Positions 43,888-48,223 of a stretch of 48,223 bases of DNA are shown here, in pieces. The stretch spans positions 1 through 48,223 of the forward strand of contig JANXUE010000312.1 of assembly GCA_025352005.1 (NCBI GenBank), written 5' to 3'. The position numbers and the translations under genes were made by a program. The notes under the pieces were generated by a model, which saw only the letters and a list, made by a program, of their open reading frames with translations, searched no databases and was not told the origin of the DNA. The DNA is from Frankiales bacterium. GTDB taxonomy: Bacteria; Actinomycetota; Actinomycetes; Mycobacteriales; SCTD01. Within the stretch, counting starts at the first letter, position 1, and the number at the start of each line of letters is the position of its first letter.

Positions 43888-44655
43888 TCAGGGGTTGCAG
43901 ACCCCGCAGGCGACGTAGCCCTGCCTGGTGGCGGCCGCCCTGGTGAGCTCCAGCGCGCCCTCGGCCCTCCGCACGTAACGGCAGCTGGGAGTGTGGAACT
44001 TGCCGCGGTCCGGCATCACGATCACGCCGCCCCGCTTGGTGGCGGCCGCGGTGGGGACAGCCTTTGCTGTCTTGACGGGAGCTGCTTTCACCGGAGCCGC
44101 CTTCACCTGAGTGACGTTGGCCGGAGCCTTCACGGTGGCAGCGTCGGGCTGGCACACGCCACAGGCGGTGAAGCCCTCGTGGCGGGCGTCGGCGGCGTTG
44201 ACGGGCTCGGCGTCCTTGCCCGCCAGATAGCGGCAGCCCGCGACGTGGTAGCGGGGGCGCCCTGCGACGACGAGCACCGTGCCCGTCGCCACCGGCGTAC
44301 CGTCGTCTTCAGCAGCAACGGGCGCTGCGGCCGTGACGGGCGGGGCGTACACGGCGGACAGCGTCGTGACGCCCTCCGCCTCGTCCGACGGGGAGACGGA
44401 GCGGGGGAACGCAATGTTCCCGACCGTGACAGCCGGGCCCCCGGGCGCCGAGGCCTCCTTGCTCAGCGAGACGCCTGCACCTGCGCTGGGCGGCAGTATC
44501 TCCTTGCGGCGCTGCAGGATCCCGAAGATCAAAAAGGCGAAGGACGCGAGGCTGACGGCAATCGAGGTGTAGACGAACGTGAGCGTCGAGCCGATCAGCC
44601 CGATGACGAGCAGGATGAGTGCGACGAGGACGAGTGCCCCGCTGATGACGATCAC
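43888..44655 (-). CDS. Membrane protein (two N-terminal TM helices) with two Ada-N-terminal-like H-x3-C...C-x2-C zinc-binding motifs
   Basis: GTG 44655 lies behind GGAGGA. TM helices span residues ~3-47. Motif 1 is RYHVAGCRYL...ARHEGFTACGVCQP and motif 2 is KFHTPSCRYV...ATRQGYVACGVCNP. Confidence 0.72.
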   Translation of the reverse strand: MIVISGALVLVALILLVIGLIGSTLTFVYTSIAVSLASFAFLIFGILQRRKEILPPSAGAGVSLSKEASAPGGPAVTVGNIAFPRSVSPSDEAEGVTTLSAVYAPPVTAAAPVAAEDDGTPVATGTVLVVAGRPRYHVAGCRYLAGKDAEPVNAADARHEGFTACGVCQPDAATVKAPANVTQVKAAPVKAAPVKTAKAVPTAAATKRGGVIVMPDRGKFHTPSCRYVRRAEGALELTRAAATRQGYVACGVCNP

Positions 44656-44746
44656 GTGGAAGGTCCTCCGACCAGGGGTGCGTTGGCAAGCCTGGGAATC
44701 CTACTGATGCCAGGTTCCGGGAGGTCTCACGCGGGACGACGCCAAC

Positions 44747-45865
44747 TCAGGACTGGCTGGGCGGCTCCGGCCCTTCGTCGACCTGCTCGAGCAGAACCGA
44801 AGGTGGGACGACCGTGAACGGACCCATCGGCTCCGGCTCCCGAGAAAGCGGCGGCACGGCACGCAACGCCGGGGGTACGGCGGCAGGGGGCGCCTGCTGC
44901 GGGGGGCCGGACGGACCGTCGGGAGCGACCCTGGGCGTGTCGTGGCGAGGCTCGTCAGCCTGGTTCAGCTCCGCCCACTCCGGCGGCAGGACCTCTGGAA
45001 AGGCGTCGGCTGCCGTCGGTACGGCGGGCCGCGGCGCAGCCGGGGCGGGAGCCTGCGGAGCAGTCACAGATGCCGGCGTGAACGAGGCCGGTGCGGTCAC
45101 CGGAGGTGCCGCAGCCGTCGCAGGCGCGGCAGGGGGCGTCGGTGGCGTCGGTGGTGCGGGGGCAACCGGGACGGAAGCAGGCGTCTGCGTCGGCGGGGGG
45201 GGCGTAGGTGCGGCGGGACGAGCGGCCCCACGGTCGGCGACGCCGGCGGGCATGACACCTACGGCTGCGGTGCGAGCCGCAGCCGGCACACCGGCCCCAC
45301 TGTCCTCGGCACCGCCGCCGCGCTTGTCGAGGTCGGTGAGCTGGGACTCGAGGTAGGCCTTGAGGCGCAGGCGGTATTCGCGCTCGAACGCCCGCAGGTC
45401 CTCGATCCGCAACTCGAGCTCTCGCCGCCGGCTGTCGAGCTCGGCAAGGGCCGCCGTCGTGCGGGCGTTGACTTCGTTCTCGACCTGGGTGGAGCGGGCG
45501 CGCGCGTCGGAAAGCATCGTGTCGGCCTCAGCTCGGGCCTCTGCCACGGCCTGGTCGGCGGTGCGCTGCGCCATCAGCAGAGTGCGCAGCGCGGCCTGCT
45601 GGGTCTCGCCCGGCGCGGGGGCGGCGTCGGTGACGGGAGCCGCCAGGGCCGCGGGCACCTGCTCGAACGGCGCCGACACGGCGGCTGAGGGAGCTGCTTG
45701 GGCTTCGTTGAGCTTGCTGCTGAGGGCGGCGTTTTCCGTGAGCAGCCGGGCGATCTCGGCCTCGACGACGTCCAGGAAGCCGTCGACCTCCACCTGGTCG
45801 TAGCCGCTGCCCATTCGCTTCGTCGAGAACTTCTTGGTCGCCACATCGGCAGGGGTGAGGGGCAC
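44747..45865 (-). CDS. divIVA: DivIVA/Wag31 cell-pole and septum determinant with long Pro/Ala-rich C-terminal extension
   Basis: Probable GTG start at 45865, giving (M)PLTPADVATKKFSTKRMGSGYDQVEVDGFLD, followed by coiled-coil segments. The C-terminal ~170 aa are Pro/Ala-rich. The track ORF extends further upstream. Confidence 0.87.
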   Translation of the reverse strand: MPLTPADVATKKFSTKRMGSGYDQVEVDGFLDVVEAEIARLLTENAALSSKLNEAQAAPSAAVSAPFEQVPAALAAPVTDAAPAPGETQQAALRTLLMAQRTADQAVAEARAEADTMLSDARARSTQVENEVNARTTAALAELDSRRRELELRIEDLRAFEREYRLRLKAYLESQLTDLDKRGGGAEDSGAGVPAAARTAAVGVMPAGVADRGAARPAAPTPPPPTQTPASVPVAPAPPTPPTPPAAPATAAAPPVTAPASFTPASVTAPQAPAPAAPRPAVPTAADAFPEVLPPEWAELNQADEPRHDTPRVAPDGPSGPPQQAPPAAVPPALRAVPPLSREPEPMGPFTVVPPSVLLEQVDEGPEPPSQS

Positions 45866-45956
45866 GAGAGTCACATCCAGTCGGGGACGGGGCAGCAGAC
45901 AGCGGCAGTGCGGGTCGAGAACAGGCTCAAAGGCGACAGCAGGACAGCGGAAGCGG

Positions 45957-46244
45957 TCATCGCTGGGCGCCCACAATGTTCATCAGGATGCTCGTCACGA
46001 AGAAGAGCACAATGAAGCCCAGATCCAGGGAGACATTGCCGATCCGCAGCGGGGGCAGTACACGCCGCAGAGCGTTGAGCGGGGGGTCCGTCACGGAGTA
46101 CGTCAGCTCCAGCGCGATGGCGACCGGTCCGGCCGGTCGATAACTGCGGGCGAGCATGAAGACGTACTCCATGATGAGGCGAAAAATCAGCAGCAGCAAG
46201 AAGACGAGGATGACGAAGTAGAGGACGGACGCGACGACCGACAC
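45957..46244 (-). CDS. yggT: YggT family membrane protein (YlmG)
   Basis: 95 aa with two TM segments. Has the NPLLRPLRR-like motif DPPLNALRRVLPPLR. Confidence 0.87.
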   Translation of the reverse strand: MSVVASVLYFVILVFLLLLIFRLIMEYVFMLARSYRPAGPVAIALELTYSVTDPPLNALRRVLPPLRIGNVSLDLGFIVLFFVTSILMNIVGAQR

Positions 46245-46274
46245 GGGTGCTGCTCTCCTGCAGGGATGGCAAGG

Positions 46275-46802
46275 TCAGGACTGGTTGAAGAAGCCACCCT
46301 CGACGATGCGCGCCTTGTCCTCCGCCGTGACCTCGACGTGCTCCGGCGACAGCAGGAAAACCTTGTTGGTGATGCGCTCGAGGCGACCATGCAGCCCGAA
46401 GATGAGGCCGGCGGCGAAGTCGACGAGCCGCTTGGCGTCGCCGTCGTCCATCTCGGTGAGGTTCATGATGACTGGCGTGCCCGTGCGGAAGTGCTCCCCG
46501 ATGGCGCGGGCGTCGTTGTAGCTGTGTGGGTGCAGCGTCGTGATGCGATGGCCGTCCTCGTAGGCGGGCACGGCCTGCGGGCGGGCGGAGGTGTCGGGGG
46601 CCACGGCACCCTGACTGCGTGGGCTGGCATCGAAGGAACGCCGAGGGGCGACCGCGGGCGCCGAAGCGGGGGCGTGTCGACGCGCTGGTGCCGCTTCGAG
46701 GTCCTCCTGCTCGGCGTACTCGTCGTAGGTGTCGTAGCGGTCGTGCTCGTCGTCCTCCACCAGGCCAAGGTAGAGGCCCATCTTGCGCATCACGCCAGGC
46801 AT
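46275..46802 (-). CDS. sepF: Cell division protein SepF
   Basis: ATG 46802 gives [18 protein letters not shown]. The C-terminal core is [30 protein letters not shown]. Confidence 0.9.
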   Translation of the reverse strand: MPGVMRKMGLYLGLVEDDEHDRYDTYDEYAEQEDLEAAPARRHAPASAPAVAPRRSFDASPRSQGAVAPDTSARPQAVPAYEDGHRITTLHPHSYNDARAIGEHFRTGTPVIMNLTEMDDGDAKRLVDFAAGLIFGLHGRLERITNKVFLLSPEHVEVTAEDKARIVEGGFFNQS

Positions 46803-46867
46803 CTGGAGCTCCACTTGTAGGTCGGACGTCATCGGCAGACGAACGTGTGTCTCGCGAGGAGATCAGC

Positions 46868-47587
46868 CTAGCCGAGTACTGCCGCCCGAGGGCCCAACAG
46901 TGCCGTCCCGACACGCACGTGCGTCGCTCCAGCCAGAATCGCGGCCTCGAGGTCACCGCTCATCCCGGCGCTCAGCATGGTGGCCTGGGGGTGCTGCCGG
47001 ACGAGAGCCCCTCCCAGCTCCGCGAGCCGGGTGAACGCGGGCAACGGATCATCGCCGAGGGGGGCGACAGCCATCAGCCCACCCAGCACGAGCCCGTCGG
47101 CGGACTCGACCTGGTCCGCCAGCTCAGGCAGCAGATGGGGGTCCGCTCCTCCTCGGTGCGGGTCACCGTCCGCCCCGAGGCTGACCTGCACCAGCACCTG
47201 CACGACCCGCTCCGCGCGCACGGCGCCTTGGCTGAGCGCGGTCACGAGCGCGGCCCGGTCGACCGACTGCACCACCGACGCGTACGACGCGACGCTGCGG
47301 GCCTTGTTCGTCTGGAGCTGGCCGACAAAGTGCCACCGGACCGCGCCGACCACCCCCAGGGTCTGCTGCGCCTTCTGCCGGGCCTCCCGGTCACGGTTCT
47401 CGGCGAGATCGACGACGCCCAGCTCGCGCAGGTGGACGCAGTCTGCGGTCGGCCAGGTCTTGGTCACAGCGATCAGGGTGACGTCCTGCGGGCGGCGTCC
47501 TGCCGCACCGCAGGCAGTTGCGATCCGGGAGCGCACGTCGCCCAGGTTGGCCGCGAGCTCGGCTCGGCGGCCCAGGTCCTCGCTCAC
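46868..47587 (-). CDS. yggS: YggS-family pyridoxal-phosphate homeostasis protein (YlmE)
   Basis: 239 aa with PLP-lysine context LIAVTKTWP and HFVGQLQTNK. The GTG start overlaps the upstream stop as GTGA. Confidence 0.9.
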   Translation of the reverse strand: MSEDLGRRAELAANLGDVRSRIATACGAAGRRPQDVTLIAVTKTWPTADCVHLRELGVVDLAENRDREARQKAQQTLGVVGAVRWHFVGQLQTNKARSVASYASVVQSVDRAALVTALSQGAVRAERVVQVLVQVSLGADGDPHRGGADPHLLPELADQVESADGLVLGGLMAVAPLGDDPLPAFTRLAELGGALVRQHPQATMLSAGMSGDLEAAILAGATHVRVGTALLGPRAAVLG

Positions 47588-48223
47588 GGCAGCCAGACGA
47601 CCCCGCCGTGCCGTCCCGTCACGCCGTCGCGGCGGTAGGAGAAGAAGCGTTCGGGTTGCTCCAGCGTGCAGCCGCCGACGGCGGAGACCGACACGCCCTC
47701 GGCGGTCAGCTGCGACGTCGCGCCGGCCAGCAGGTCGACCGAGGCGGAGCCCTGCCGGGTCGAGCCACGGCTGCCGGGGACGGCCTTCTCGACCTCACCT
47801 GCCATCGAAGCGGGTACCTCGTAACAAAGCCCGCAGATGCCGGGGCCCACGACGGCACTGATCACCTCGGCCCCCAACTCCCGCATCTGCGCGACCACGG
47901 CCGCCAGCACCCCCTTGACCAACCCGGGCCGCCCCACGTGGGCGGCTCCCACGACGCCAGGGGCGGCGAGCAGCACGGGAAGGCAGTCTGCGCCCATCGT
48001 GACCAGCCCGACGCGCGGGGTCGTCGTGACCAGGGCATCGGTGTCGTCGAGCCCGCGCGTGGTCTTGTTGCTCAGCCCCATGACGACCCGGACGCCGGCG
48101 CCGTGCACCTGTTTGCCGAAGGCGAGCCCGTCGACGCCCAGCTGCTCGACGAGCAGAGCCCGGTTGGCCTGCACCTTGGCATGCGCGTCCTCGACGTGGA
48201 CAGCCTCAACCTGGCGGTCCACG
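47584..48223 (-). CDS. pgeF: YfiH/PgeF (polyphenol-oxidase-like, peptidoglycan editing factor) family protein, 5' end outside window
   Basis: Open to the window edge. Has ADCLPVLL and CGLCYEV, with the family-typical position upstream of yggS-sepF. Confidence 0.82.
   Translation of the reverse strand, partial: VDRQVEAVHVEDAHAKVQANRALLVEQLGVDGLAFGKQVHGAGVRVVMGLSNKTTRGLDDTDALVTTTPRVGLVTMGADCLPVLLAAPGVVGAAHVGRPGLVKGVLAAVVAQMRELGAEVISAVVGPGICGLCYEVPASMAGEVEKAVPGSRGSTRQGSASVDLLAGATSQLTAEGVSVSAVGGCTLEQPERFFSYRRDGVTGRHGGVVWLP

Noticed and set aside
1-48223. Evidence for a genomic island: integrase, transposase, tRNA attachment site, flanking direct repeats or a compositional shift.
   Set aside because: None seen. 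The gene content and order (dcw tail, ileS, lspA-rluD, dnaE) is the conserved actinobacterial backbone. The only visibly lower-GC patches are membrane-protein codons (yggT) and the low-complexity patch in the protease relic.

Overview
Very GC-rich (by eye, not computed) chromosomal core segment of an actinobacterium (Actinomycetota). All family calls come from motif recognition in the ORF translations; no database search was run. About 45 genes, mostly housekeeping. In order: nadE, a frameshifted panB, a decayed zinc-metalloprotease relic, a fused four-domain ABC exporter, a signal-peptide-less BtuF/TroA-like protein with an F420 reductase and an RNB ribonuclease, a Zn-ADH, pfkA, two secreted cell-wall glycosylases, RNase AS, DUF1028-glpK-cyclase/STAND ATPase, a NarL-type two-component pair with plsC, a TIGR00300 (LOR/SDH) protein, a DUF2182/DUF1326 pair, dnaE, Rrf2, sixA, an MFS transporter, a rhodanese sulfurtransferase, a DksA-histone-like-lspA-rluD-unknown-GNAT operon, a T-box leader plus ileS, and the distal end of the dcw cluster (divIVA, yggT, sepF, yggS, partial yfiH/pgeF). 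I found no tRNA, rRNA, CRISPR, transposase, integrase or recognisable defence island, so this reads as an ordinary core region and not an accessory island. I found no compelling new system. The best candidates for poorly described biology are: (1) the translationally linked DUF2182/DUF1326 Cys/Met/His-rich pair; (2) a membrane protein next to divIVA with two Ada-like H-C-C-C zinc motifs; (3) a DksA-type protein with a histone-H1-like tail containing a perfect 75-bp tandem duplication and a C-C-D-C finger; (4) a zinc-ribbon/cyclase/STAND/TPR protein coupled to DUF1028-glpK; (5) an exporter-fold ABC beside a cytoplasmic binding protein and a reductase. Four independently disrupted genes (panB, metalloprotease, VOC, GNAT) indicate either gene decay or assembly indels. 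Most long antisense ORFs in the track are high-GC shadow ORFs.
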